In this document: positions 10,322 through 20,450 of the stretch, piece by piece
How positions within the stretch are numbered: the first letter of the stretch is position 1
Layout: every line of letters starts with the position of its first letter
Assembly (NCBI GenBank): GCA_964464475.1
Contig: CAYXGG010000002.1
Coordinates: 9,322-73,321 of the forward strand
From: an uncultured Planctomycetales bacterium
GTDB lineage: Bacteria > Omnitrophota > Gorgyraeia > Zapsychrales > JAHFFX01
DNA: 64,000 bases
Direction: 5' to 3'
The notes under the pieces: generated by a model
Told to the model about the DNA's origin: nothing
What the model saw: only the letters and a program-made list of their open reading frames with translations
The model's database searches: none
Program-made: the position numbers and the translations under genes

Positions 10322-11011
10322 TTACTCTTTGAATATGGCGCTTCCGATGCGCACCATGTTGGAGCCTTCCTGCAGCGCAATTTCCAGATCCTGAGACATT
10401 CCCATAGAAATGGTGCGCATTTGGATTTGAGAAGAACCTTTATATTGACTGGCAAGTTGCTCTTTAAATTTACGCAAATCCTTAAAACATTGCGCCACAA
10501 CTTGCTTATCGTCAGTAAACGGGGCCATGGCCATCACCCCCAGAACTCTTATGTGGGGCAAGGTGACGACTTGATCAAAGAAAGCCGTCACGTCTTCGGG
10601 CGCCAAGCCATATTTCTGTTCTTCGCGAGCGGTGTTAATTTGCACCAAAATGTCGGCCACGCGGTTGAGTTTTACAGCTTGCTTTTCAATCTCCTTAACG
10701 AGCTTTACCGAATCAACCGACTGAATGAGATCAAAAGCTTGCAGAGCGTCTTTGGCCTTATTCGATTGCAAATGACCAATTAAATGGCGGGTAACCGGCT
10801 TAGCGGAAGTCAACTGGGGATATTTACTTTCCCCTTCCTGGACTTTATTTTCCGCGACATGAGAAATACCGGCGAGAATGGCCTCATTAATCGCCTCCAC
10901 CGGCGCGAATTTGGTCACGCCGACTAAAGTAATTTCCTTTGGGTCGCGGCCAATTTTACGGCAGGTATCCGTGATTTTGTCAAAAACTCGTCTTACATTG
11001 TCCGAAATCAT
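10322..11011 (-). CDS. yggS: PLP homeostasis protein YggS
   Basis: VTKF, ENKVQE, HLIGHLQSNK, SMGMSQD, VRIGSAIF; adjacent to proC. Confidence 0.95.
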   Translation of the reverse strand: MISDNVRRVFDKITDTCRKIGRDPKEITLVGVTKFAPVEAINEAILAGISHVAENKVQEGESKYPQLTSAKPVTRHLIGHLQSNKAKDALQAFDLIQSVDSVKLVKEIEKQAVKLNRVADILVQINTAREEQKYGLAPEDVTAFFDQVVTLPHIRVLGVMAMAPFTDDKQVVAQCFKDLRKFKEQLASQYKGSSQIQMRTISMGMSQDLEIALQEGSNMVRIGSAIFKE

Positions 11012-11017
11012 TGCAGT

Positions 11018-11046
11018 AAGCTAACACAAAAGGTCTCTAACGTCAA
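11018..11046 (-). promoter_or_regulatory. Sigma-70 promoter TTGACG-N17-(TGn)TAGCTT, likely leaderless yggS
   Basis: -10 box ends 6 nt upstream of the ATG; no SD present. Confidence 0.6.
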
Positions 11047-11089
11047 TTTGCAAACTGGGGGATTTCTACAAGAAAATTTTGGGCCACGA

Positions 11090-12754
11090 TCAAGCTCCCG
11101 TAAGTTCGCGAGCCCGTGGCAACGCCTCCGTAATATCGCGAAAAACGTTATTCTCCCCTATTTCCTCAATTAATCCCGACTGCTCCATCGCCATAAAAGG
11201 CTGCGTATGAATTCCGGAAATGATGTACGCGACACCTTGTTTTTTGGATTGACGGCATTGCTCTTTAATGGCATGCAAAGCGGTCGCGTCAATGGCGGGA
11301 ACTCCCGCCAAATCCACAATACGCACCTTTGGTTTTTTACCGGAAATCCGCATCGCCTCCAGAAATTTATAAGCTGCCCCAAAGAAAAATGGACCGTTGA
11401 TATCATAAATTTCAACACCCGGAGGCAACGCGTCTTTCGCGATTCTCAAAGATCGGTCAACCTCCTCGCCATCACGCATTTCCCTAGTAATAACCCCCAC
11501 ATTAGCCACCAACGCCATTCGACGCATGAATAAAAAAGCAGACAAAACAATTCCCGCCTGCAAAGCTACCGTCAAGTCAACGGCAACGGTCAGAAAAAAG
11601 GTGGTCAACAATACCAGCACATCGCTTTTGGGAGACCGCAACACCATCAAAAAAGAATTCCACTCACTCATGTTATACGCCACAATCACTAAAATCGCGG
11701 CCAACGCGGCCAAAGGAATGAACTTCACCCATTGACCGAAAAAAAGCATCAATAACAAGAGCATCGCCGCATGAACAATTCCCGCGATAGGGGTGCGACC
11801 GCCATTTTGGATATTAGTTGCCGTTCGGGCGATCGCCCCGGTTGCGGGAATTCCTCCAAATAGTGGTGAAAAGATATTGGCAACACCCTGCGCCACGAGC
11901 TCCATATTGGAACGATGCCGACTCCCAATCATGCCATCGGCAACAACAGCTGATAATAACGATTCAATTCCCGCCAACAAAGCGATACTAATCGCGGCAG
12001 GCGTCAATTCCTGCAACAATTTAACCGACATCAGTGGTATCTTAGGCGCAGGAAAGGCATGTGGAATTTCGCCAAAACGAGACCCTATGGTTTCCACCGG
12101 CCAATGCAGCACGTAAACCAGAACCGTTGCCCCCATCAGGGCCACCAGAGGCCCGGGAATAAAACGGAACAGGCGAAAGGGAATTTTCTTCCATAATAGA
12201 ATGGTACCCACACAAAGAACGCTAACGGCCAATGCGTGCCCATTAACCGAACCCACATGCTCATAATAAGCTGTCAGCTTGGCTAGAAATTCTGCCGGCA
12301 ACGCCGCCATATCTAAGCCAAAAAAATCTTTAATCTGAGAAATAAAAATAATCAAAGCAATTCCACTGGTGAATCCAACCGTCACCGGATAAGGAATGAA
12401 TTTTATCATAGAGCCAAAACCAGCGACCCCCATGACGATCAGCATGACTCCGGCCATCATAGTGGCCAACCACAAACCTTCCAATCCATATTTACTCACA
12501 ACACCATAAACAATCACCACAAACGCACCCGTGGGGCCACCAATCTGCACCCGACTACCTCCCAGAACAGAAATTAGAAATCCCGCGACAATAGCGGTTG
12601 TCAAACCCCTTTCCGGAGACACACCAGAAGCAATGGCAAAAGCAATCGCCAAAGGAAACGCCACAATCCCGACAATGACTCCGGCTAACAAATCCTTACC
12701 CAATTGCGTCCAGGAATATTCGGATAAGGTAGTGAATAATTTTGGTTTTAACAT
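11090..12754 (-). CDS. SulP/SLC26 anion transporter with STAS domain
   Basis: QIGGPTGAF, ESLLSAVVADGM, ATGAIARTATNI, C-terminal GPFFFGAA...IDAT STAS. Confidence 0.93.
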   Translation of the reverse strand: MLKPKLFTTLSEYSWTQLGKDLLAGVIVGIVAFPLAIAFAIASGVSPERGLTTAIVAGFLISVLGGSRVQIGGPTGAFVVIVYGVVSKYGLEGLWLATMMAGVMLIVMGVAGFGSMIKFIPYPVTVGFTSGIALIIFISQIKDFFGLDMAALPAEFLAKLTAYYEHVGSVNGHALAVSVLCVGTILLWKKIPFRLFRFIPGPLVALMGATVLVYVLHWPVETIGSRFGEIPHAFPAPKIPLMSVKLLQELTPAAISIALLAGIESLLSAVVADGMIGSRHRSNMELVAQGVANIFSPLFGGIPATGAIARTATNIQNGGRTPIAGIVHAAMLLLLMLFFGQWVKFIPLAALAAILVIVAYNMSEWNSFLMVLRSPKSDVLVLLTTFFLTVAVDLTVALQAGIVLSAFLFMRRMALVANVGVITREMRDGEEVDRSLRIAKDALPPGVEIYDINGPFFFGAAYKFLEAMRISGKKPKVRIVDLAGVPAIDATALHAIKEQCRQSKKQGVAYIISGIHTQPFMAMEQSGLIEEIGENNVFRDITEALPRARELTGA

Positions 12755-12799
12755 TTCAACGCACTCCTTAATATTTGCCCAACACAAAATCTTATATTT

Positions 12800-15649
12800 T
12801 TATCTGCAAGCATCATAAAAGGGACACGTCCCACAATAACGCGGGTCTTTATCATCCGGCCGAAAATTCACTGAAGCGTCAAGAATTTCATTCACAATAA
12901 ACTCCAAAGGACGCGAAAAAACTTTTATCACCTCAGCGATAGAAGCGCCGTCTTCTTTTAAGAAAGCTTTGCGTTCTAAGGAACGCAAATTATAAAATAC
13001 CGCATTAAGCTCATTGTTAGGAAACTGTCGATTTAGCAAATCCACATACATGGGCATTTGAAATGATCGCACATTTTTCTTAATCTCTTCCCGCGTCATT
13101 GGCATGGCGGCAATCGTCGGCAAATCTTTCGGCAAAGGATCCTCACTCCCGGTTTTGTAATCCAACAAAACCATCGTCCCATCCGCAAGTCGATCAATGC
13201 GATCCAACTGATAAACCAGTCGTATCTGTCGACCCGCGAGATTCACGCGCTCCTCAAAACGTTTTTCCAATTCCACTATCTCCTCCACCCCCTCAGACTG
13301 CAGGCGCTCCCGCTCGGCCTCCAAAAAAGCCCGCATCCTAAATTCTAAAACCGATTTCAGCAAAAACGCGTCCGATTTCATTGATCGACCAAAACTGTCA
13401 TTGAATTTATTCTCAAAGACCTTAAAAAAATATTCTTCAAAAGCCCGGTCCAAAACCGGTTTCTTCTTTAAGAATCTTCCCCAAGTCTCTTCTAATAGCT
13501 CATGCACAAACGTACCGACCTGTCGATTTTCCGGCTCTTCCAGTAAATCTTCTTTCTCTTCCAAGCCAAGAACATATTTATAATAAAATCGTAATGGACA
13601 ACGCGTATACGTATTCAGGCTCGAGGCTGAAAAACGATGCTCCGTTAAAAAAGCCAATACTTCCGGGGTCTTGGGAATGTCGGTTCGTTTAGGATTCAGC
13701 GCCACATCATAACCCGCCCGATGGATCACCAAACCGTCCAGTTGTTGTGTCGCCTTCTGTCGTTCCCAAATTAACTCTTCCAAAAAACGACTTTTTTCTT
13801 TATCGGCCGCTTCCGCAAAAACCAAATGTGCTTCTTTTGCTCCTGCCAACAAACGACGAAACTGATAACGCTGAATCTCCTCTTCCTCTTCTAGGCGATC
13901 TAGGCTCAAAGACACCATGACCTCCCGAGGAATCAGAGGATCATAAATTCGCAGTTTAGGTAGCGTGCCTTCGTTGGCATCCATGATGATCACGTGATCA
14001 AAATTCAGCGCCCGAGTTTCCATCAGCCCCAAAATTTGTAATCCCTTTAGCGGCGATCCGATAAAAGCCACACTATCGTGTTCAATACGATTAAAAAAGA
14101 TTTTGAATATTTCTTCGTTACTAAAAGGCTCTCGGCAAAATTCCGCAGACCGCATTTCTGTCGTTAATTCCAAAATGCGCTGCGCGATTTTCATATTCAG
14201 CGGGTATGCGCTGGCAAAGCTATGCTCGATAAAAACAGTCACAAAAATTTCCGCCTGCGTCGCAAAGCCCTCGAGGGTTGTCAAATGTTCCCACCCCGCA
14301 AAAACTAATTGCCCAATTTCTGCCATAATCGCTTCCAATTTCTGGCGATCAGCGCTCTCACCCATACGCCGCAGCACTTCGCGAGAGGATTCATACAATT
14401 CGGGCGCTTCAAAAATTTCCGCCAACGTCACGAATATTTTTCCACTCGCTGAACCTTCGACCTGACCACTCAATAATTCTTCCACCTTATGAATGAGCAC
14501 GCGGGTTGCTGAACTGGACGCTCCCCATCGAAAATTCTTCACTAAAGGATGCCTTAATACTTTTAATAAATCTTTGGCGTAATACTGCGTGTCTCGACGG
14601 GTTAATTGCGCCTTAAAGATGGCTTGTAGCAAACTATGAAAAGAACTGCGTTTTAACGGATATCCTAAAGAAACATTAAAATCTTCTGTAATGTCAGCGA
14701 CTTCAGAAATCAATGGGATCAAATGGTCGCTATCCGGCAAAACCACCACCGTACTTGCCAGCGAACCTTGCCGGGCCAGAATACCTTTTAATATTTCACT
14801 CACCAATCCAACCTGAGAATGGACATCAAAACCTGAGTACAATTTCAGCACAGGTTCCTTAGACGATTCTGAACTCACTGACGGATCGATCGCTAATCTC
14901 AGTACACGCGCGTTGCGCTGTAAGGCGGGCCATTGAGCCGAACTTCCCTGAAAAATAAATCTGGCAACCCCTTGTTCCGACAAGCTTTTTAATAATTTCT
15001 CTTCACTGCGATGCAACGCATAGAACTGACAAAAGACAATCTGTGCGAATTCCGGTATCGGATAGGAACCCACTTCCTCTGCGACCCGCAGATAGCGAAA
15101 GCCGCGCGTGAACGTCCGCTGTTGCCTCATTTGGGTATGAAACATTTCACGCAACGTCACGATTCGTCCTAGCAGCTGATTCACCGCAGCCGGAATGGGA
15201 TAACCGATGACCGCATTAGATTCAATATTTTTTAAAGCCTCAGAAGAGACCAGGTCAAGATCTAGTTGCTCAATAAAAGCCAAAATCTCTCTGGCCCAGG
15301 GTAAGAATTGCGCGAAGGATTCGCGATGACGTAAGATATCGGGACAGGCTGATTGCGCCGAACGATAGATCAGAAAACACGCGTCCAAATCAGATAACCT
15401 GGCAAACGGAGATCGCAGACCTAATAAGTAATCAATCAATTCATCGATGGTAAAGAATGTCGGTGGGAAGTAGGATTTCTTAAAAAACCGAGCCAGCTCG
15501 CGTTTGACAAACAACGCCGGACGTTTACCGCCGAAGACAACAGCCGTTTTTTTTAATCCTTCAGGATGGGCCGTGGCTTCCGCCCCTAAAAGAGCGGTCA
15601 AGCGTTGAACAAATGGCTCAGCGAGCCCAAGGGTGAGAACGCGCTCCAT
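12800..15649 (-). CDS. addB: AddB-like PD-(D/E)XK nuclease subunit
   Basis: GLQILGLMETR, SASSLNTY.RCPLRFY, DRID..LDYKTG, C-terminal CxxCP..C (Fe-S staple). Confidence 0.82.
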   Translation of the reverse strand: MERVLTLGLAEPFVQRLTALLGAEATAHPEGLKKTAVVFGGKRPALFVKRELARFFKKSYFPPTFFTIDELIDYLLGLRSPFARLSDLDACFLIYRSAQSACPDILRHRESFAQFLPWAREILAFIEQLDLDLVSSEALKNIESNAVIGYPIPAAVNQLLGRIVTLREMFHTQMRQQRTFTRGFRYLRVAEEVGSYPIPEFAQIVFCQFYALHRSEEKLLKSLSEQGVARFIFQGSSAQWPALQRNARVLRLAIDPSVSSESSKEPVLKLYSGFDVHSQVGLVSEILKGILARQGSLASTVVVLPDSDHLIPLISEVADITEDFNVSLGYPLKRSSFHSLLQAIFKAQLTRRDTQYYAKDLLKVLRHPLVKNFRWGASSSATRVLIHKVEELLSGQVEGSASGKIFVTLAEIFEAPELYESSREVLRRMGESADRQKLEAIMAEIGQLVFAGWEHLTTLEGFATQAEIFVTVFIEHSFASAYPLNMKIAQRILELTTEMRSAEFCREPFSNEEIFKIFFNRIEHDSVAFIGSPLKGLQILGLMETRALNFDHVIIMDANEGTLPKLRIYDPLIPREVMVSLSLDRLEEEEEIQRYQFRRLLAGAKEAHLVFAEAADKEKSRFLEELIWERQKATQQLDGLVIHRAGYDVALNPKRTDIPKTPEVLAFLTEHRFSASSLNTYTRCPLRFYYKYVLGLEEKEDLLEEPENRQVGTFVHELLEETWGRFLKKKPVLDRAFEEYFFKVFENKFNDSFGRSMKSDAFLLKSVLEFRMRAFLEAERERLQSEGVEEIVELEKRFEERVNLAGRQIRLVYQLDRIDRLADGTMVLLDYKTGSEDPLPKDLPTIAAMPMTREEIKKNVRSFQMPMYVDLLNRQFPNNELNAVFYNLRSLERKAFLKEDGASIAEVIKVFSRPLEFIVNEILDASVNFRPDDKDPRYCGTCPFYDACR

Positions 15650-15657
15650 AGGCAATC

Positions 15658-16533
15658 TTAGCCGGAGGAAGGGTTATCGTCGAAATGCTTCAATAATGTT
15701 TCAAACTCAAAAACCAACGGATGTCGCCAGCGGCGCTTAGCTAGCTTTAACAATTCGCGGTTATACCAAAGCTCCTTATTCTTATCGGCACCGATTTTAT
15801 CCCAGACCGCAGGCCCATCGAGCTTTAATTGCGCCAGGATGGTATTAAGTTGTGTGACTTTATCGGCCACGGCAATCACAACCGCTTCGACATCGCTCTC
15901 CTTCAGAGAGCCTAACAATCGTTGTTTTCGCTGTTCCCATTCGCTGGCCAGCGCCCCTTCAGAATCATCAGAAATAGTTTGGACCAGGTTTAAAGCTTCA
16001 GGCCCGCAGGCTTGCTCAATCTCATTTGATTTGCAAGCGGTCTTCGCCAGCAAATCTTTACAGAGCGCAGCAGCAATGATTTCATCCTTTAACGTAGAAT
16101 CGAGGTAAGTTTTTCGCAGCGTATTGGCCACTTCCAGCAAATGTTCCATATAAGAACGGCCATGAAGGCGGACGATCTGCTCCTTATGATAATTCATCGC
16201 CAGATAAAGCGCGTATTCCGTAACCGGGTTGAAAATAGTACTGACTCTAAAAATTTCCCGCCCGTAAGAGGAGTAAATAAGATATTCCATACCGCCTTGC
16301 TGAGCATGCGATAGCCAGTCTCGATAAGACATTTTGGTCTTAGAAAGATTATTGTTTTTCTTGAATTCATAGATAGCAAAAACCAGAATTTCCGCGAGAT
16401 TGGTTCCTTGTTTAACGACTCGCTGGCTGGCAACAGGAAAATCTTCCAAGGTCGGATCCAGTCCTTGCAAATCGACCTGGATTAAATCATAGCGACCTTC
16501 ACTATTCTCACTAGAATTACTTATCTTAGTCAT
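15658..16533 (-). CDS. RelA/SpoT HD (Mesh1/SAH)-like protein with degenerate active site and extra N-terminal domain
   Basis: A..YH..Q....SYMEHLLEVA...AAALCKDLLAKT...W..RK...ADK follows the SAH layout, but HD reads KD and ED reads AK. Confidence 0.7.
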   Translation of the reverse strand: MTKISNSSENSEGRYDLIQVDLQGLDPTLEDFPVASQRVVKQGTNLAEILVFAIYEFKKNNNLSKTKMSYRDWLSHAQQGGMEYLIYSSYGREIFRVSTIFNPVTEYALYLAMNYHKEQIVRLHGRSYMEHLLEVANTLRKTYLDSTLKDEIIAAALCKDLLAKTACKSNEIEQACGPEALNLVQTISDDSEGALASEWEQRKQRLLGSLKESDVEAVVIAVADKVTQLNTILAQLKLDGPAVWDKIGADKNKELWYNRELLKLAKRRWRHPLVFEFETLLKHFDDNPSSG

Positions 16534-16557
16534 AGCACAAATGAATTATCAAAAAGA

Positions 16558-16878
16558 TTATTGATCAGTGTAATAGCCTTCTCTTAGCCCCTTAACGTTT
16601 TTTTGTTCATCAATTAACTGCTTTTCCCAGTCACTAACCCGTTTTTGTTTCTTGGCCTGCAAATCACGCAAGCGTTGCAGTCGACGTTCTTCCTTACGAA
16701 TTTCCAGTATCTGCGCTTTTTCTTTCTTAGATTTACCGACAGTAGCCGCAAAATCACTAACTTTATTAAAAACGTTCACGTCATTGACTCGTTGGGCAAC
16801 GGTTGGTTTCGTTTGCTGCGCCCAGACCGCGTCCACCGGGACTAGGCCCAACAATAACACAATAAATAAAACAATCAT
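16558..16878 (-). CDS. Small secreted basic helical hypothetical protein
   Basis: Signal peptide (VWA-Q), GGAGG RBS. Confidence 0.7.
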   Translation of the reverse strand: MIVLFIVLLLGLVPVDAVWAQQTKPTVAQRVNDVNVFNKVSDFAATVGKSKKEKAQILEIRKEERRLQRLRDLQAKKQKRVSDWEKQLIDEQKNVKGLREGYYTDQ

Positions 16879-16928
16879 TTTTCCTCCCTAAAGTTAGTAC
16901 CAATTATATTTTTACAACTACCACAAAA

Positions 16929-19900
16929 TCAATTGGGTTTGACGCCAAGCTTGGTTTCAATAGAAGAAACTTCTTCCCAATCCAAGCCCGTTAAGTATAA
17001 CAGAAATCCCCGGACTTGCTGGCGCGGATATAATTCTTTAACTAAGGCCATATATTCTTCGACCTGCCGAACATGCTCGGATGAAACAAGCGAATTTGAT
17101 TCTGCGCTGGGACCGGAGACTCCTCTGTGCATCTTATAATCAACAACCCAAACTTCCTTTTCCCACACCATTAACCGATCAATTCGCTTAGTCAAGCCAT
17201 GAACATCCACCATTTCCTGCTCTCTAAAAATCTGCGCGGTCGGTACCTGAAAAAATTGGCGATAGCTTTCCGCCTGCAGCACTTTTTCCACAAAATTTCG
17301 ATAATGCTGACCATCTGTTAAATATGGAAACTTTTCTAAAAGGGCCGCCTCTCCCGCGAACAACGCCTCCTCCATCCCTCCCTGAGAACAATCCCCCACC
17401 CAAGATAACAAATAATGAATGATTTCCCCTTCCCGAACTTCTTCGCGCTGCTGTATTTGCTGGGGGGACACAAATTCTTCCCGCAAATAATCCATCCAAT
17501 CACGACACCGAGCGGTGGGCAGCAAAGGCGGTTCCAATTTACCTGTTGCGACGGCCTTACGACCAGCGTCCTTATCACCAAACTCCCTTATATCTTCCGG
17601 TAACAGTAGATTAATCCAATTTGCAGTCAAACCACTCTTCTCAGGAACAAAAATATACAACTCTTCTTTAGCGCGAGTCAACCCGACATAGACATTGTTC
17701 AACTCCGTTAGAAAAGAACTTTTGAATTCTTCGCGATAAAGCTGCAACAACGGAAGAGAAAATCGAGTGTATTTTTTTCTGAGGAGAGCCAACCTCAACT
17801 CATGGCCATCACGCGCGATGACCAAGTTTTTTAAAGTCCCGCTGGATCGACCGATTGAAATATCCATCTGCAGAAACGGCAAAATGACGACCGGATACTC
17901 CAGCCCCTTTGACTTATGTACGGTCTGAACTCGGACATTGTCAGCACGAGCAATATTGACATACAATTCTTCATCTGGTGCCACCTCCAAATACTCCAGA
18001 AACGACAAGAGATCCACGCTTTCTTCCTCTCGGATGCGGATGATTTCCAGAAATCGCATAAAAAATCCCTGCTGTTGCGGAAATGCCGCCACGCAACCAA
18101 ACCGAAAATAAAAACTAACGACTAACTCATACATCGGATAGATGCCGGCATTGCGGAAGAAATCTTCCAATAATTTCTCCCAGACCAGAGGGTAACGATC
18201 ACGAAATTCTTTATAAAGATAAACATCTTTTTGGTGTGCTGACAACAATCGACATTCAAAGAGAAACTGCCGAATATCAATCAGAGCTAAACCAGAAGCT
18301 TTCTGAAAAATGTCTCCCAACAAAAAAGACGCAAAGCTTAGGTTATCAACCGGTGAGTCTAAGAACTTGAGGAAAGAAATGATTTCTTTTATGTAGGGGT
18401 TCTCTTTAACATTGGATGTGCGTTCAGAATCAATCAGAATTCCCGCCTCCAGAAGCCAGGATGTAATAAGTTCTACTTCACTATTGTCCCGGGCCAAAAC
18501 CGCAATTTCCCCACCTCGGAAGCGTAAACGCAAATCCCGAACCAAAGACAACAACTTATCTTTCGCCTGAAGATGTAATTCTTCCTGATTTTTAGCAGCA
18601 ATTCGTTCGACGCTCACGTATCCGCCTCTTAAATCTTTCTTGAAAGCCTGTTGAGAATCTTTAAAAACACTAAGAATCTCTTCTCGATCCTCAAGTCTTA
18701 ATAAGGACTCACCGCTCCCCCCAGACTTTTTGTCCGCACTCGCTCCAATATGATTCATGAATTGGATTAAATTATCTTTTGAAAAAATAAGATTATTAAA
18801 TTCGACGATGTTTTCGCGGCTACGCCAATTCTGAGACAAGACTTCCGTGTGCGTTGGAAATGACGAAAAACGAGCCTTAACGCCATCAAATAACGCGGCC
18901 TCCCCGCCCCGAAACCCATAAATCGCCTGTTTTTTGTCTCCAACGTAATAGAGCGTTCCTCCGGTAGCTAAGGCCTCTTCCACCATAGGCTCAAGATTAC
19001 GCCATTGCAGCAAAGACGTATCCTGAAATTCATCAATCAAATAATGCCGAAAGCGGCTGGCCAAACGATAGTAAAGTTCTTCGACCGTGATGTTCTCATC
19101 ATCAAAAAGCGCTCGGGCCTTATTGTTAAGCTGACTCAAAAAAAGGATGTCTTCTTTACGAACGACCGTGTCCAATTCGACCAGCATGGCCGCAAATAAA
19201 TTCAAATAGCAGTTAAAAATAGCAAAGCTTTCTGTTTCACAAATGTCGCGCAGCCCCCGACCGATACGCTCCCAAAGCGCCGCAAGGCTCGCAGGGACAT
19301 CTCCTCCTTTTTTTATCGGGAATTCTGGTCGATAGAAATAGTCGGAAATTTTATCTATCGGAAATTGGTGCCCATAATTATTTACAAAATTCTCCAAAGA
19401 ATTGCGAAACTGTCCATGACCATCTTCCGGGAAAACTTCATACAACAGGCTGATATCGTCCCGGGTTTGCTGACGCGCTTTAGCTAAGTACCGCATATCA
19501 TGCGTCGCCGGCACAAAAATACCACCCAAATCATTCTGCGTTTTAAAAAGTTGCTGCAACACAATGAGGATATCTTTTTTGGGAAACCAGCCCGTCTTTT
19601 GCTCTAAAAATAAATACTGGTGCAAAAAATCCTCAAAACGCTTTTTTACGACCGCGTTTCCGGATGCTTGCTCAATTAATTGGTCCAAACTCTGCTCTAA
19701 ATAATCTTTCTCATTGCGGCGAATTTTGAAATTGGCAGACAAATTGATACGGAAAGCACACCCGGAAAGAATGGAATTGATGAAACTGTCGATGGTCTGC
19801 ACTTGAAAGAAATTATAGTGTCCGATGATGGCGTCCATCAACACGTGGGATTTTTCTTGAGCTTCCGTCTCGGTCAGCGTCAAGCCGGAAAGGATCTCTT

Positions 19901-20159
19901 CTTGCTGCGCGGCCGGGGCCTTGTTTAGCGCCAGATTTTTCAAAAAAGTCAAAATGCGCTGCTTCATTTCTACCGCCGACTTATTGGTAAACGTAATCGC
20001 GAGGATTTGCCGAATGGGTAACGTTTCGGGACTTACTCCGGCCCCTAACAACAACTGCACGTACCGCTTAGCTAGGGCAAAAGTTTTACCGGATCCCGCT
20101 GAGGCTTCGACAATCCTAACTTCTGGAAATTGAAATTTTACGGAGGAAGTTGACGTCAT
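16929..20159 (-). CDS. addA: AddA/UvrD-family helicase-nuclease
   Basis: ASAGSGKT, ITFTNK, IDEFQDT, VGDKKQAIYGFRG, TVHKSKGLEY, YVGLTRA, C-terminal IDRL..VDYK nuclease. Confidence 0.9.
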   Translation of the reverse strand: MTSTSSVKFQFPEVRIVEASAGSGKTFALAKRYVQLLLGAGVSPETLPIRQILAITFTNKSAVEMKQRILTFLKNLALNKAPAAQQEEILSGLTLTETEAQEKSHVLMDAIIGHYNFFQVQTIDSFINSILSGCAFRINLSANFKIRRNEKDYLEQSLDQLIEQASGNAVVKKRFEDFLHQYLFLEQKTGWFPKKDILIVLQQLFKTQNDLGGIFVPATHDMRYLAKARQQTRDDISLLYEVFPEDGHGQFRNSLENFVNNYGHQFPIDKISDYFYRPEFPIKKGGDVPASLAALWERIGRGLRDICETESFAIFNCYLNLFAAMLVELDTVVRKEDILFLSQLNNKARALFDDENITVEELYYRLASRFRHYLIDEFQDTSLLQWRNLEPMVEEALATGGTLYYVGDKKQAIYGFRGGEAALFDGVKARFSSFPTHTEVLSQNWRSRENIVEFNNLIFSKDNLIQFMNHIGASADKKSGGSGESLLRLEDREEILSVFKDSQQAFKKDLRGGYVSVERIAAKNQEELHLQAKDKLLSLVRDLRLRFRGGEIAVLARDNSEVELITSWLLEAGILIDSERTSNVKENPYIKEIISFLKFLDSPVDNLSFASFLLGDIFQKASGLALIDIRQFLFECRLLSAHQKDVYLYKEFRDRYPLVWEKLLEDFFRNAGIYPMYELVVSFYFRFGCVAAFPQQQGFFMRFLEIIRIREEESVDLLSFLEYLEVAPDEELYVNIARADNVRVQTVHKSKGLEYPVVILPFLQMDISIGRSSGTLKNLVIARDGHELRLALLRKKYTRFSLPLLQLYREEFKSSFLTELNNVYVGLTRAKEELYIFVPEKSGLTANWINLLLPEDIREFGDKDAGRKAVATGKLEPPLLPTARCRDWMDYLREEFVSPQQIQQREEVREGEIIHYLLSWVGDCSQGGMEEALFAGEAALLEKFPYLTDGQHYRNFVEKVLQAESYRQFFQVPTAQIFREQEMVDVHGLTKRIDRLMVWEKEVWVVDYKMHRGVSGPSAESNSLVSSEHVRQVEEYMALVKELYPRQQVRGFLLYLTGLDWEEVSSIETKLGVKPN

Positions 20160-20342
20160 CGTTATGAATAATTAGGAACCCTTCTAGCAAGAAGAGCGAT
20201 CGCTATGCCCCGCGATATGGGCTGACAAGAAAAACCAAATCCTTTACGGACTACCGCGCTGTCATCATAAAAACAGGAATTAGAAACGAGGTCATTATAG
20301 TACAGACGAGATTAGATTACTACGGAGGAATCACGGAGAGTT

Positions 20343-20436
20343 AAAAAAAAACGAAGCCCCCGCACCGTTGTCAGTCACTGGTTGTTGTTTCAAAAGGTGC
20401 GGGGGCGAGGGGCCTCCCCCTTGAGCGGAGGGGGAG
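20343..20436 (-). terminator. Double-hairpin 3' region of the PEP-CTERM gene ending in a Rho-independent terminator
   Basis: Stem CTCCCCCT/AGGGGGAG (20414-20436) and 11-bp stem GCCCCCGCACC/GGTGCGGGGGC (20356-20406), followed by U9 on the minus strand. Confidence 0.8.
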
Positions 20437-20450
20437 TTTGGTGAACAGTT

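Noticed and set aside
20367-20395. GTTTCAAAA / TTTTGAAAC resembling a CRISPR repeat end
   Set aside because: Single occurrence, no repeat-spacer periodicity, no cas genes
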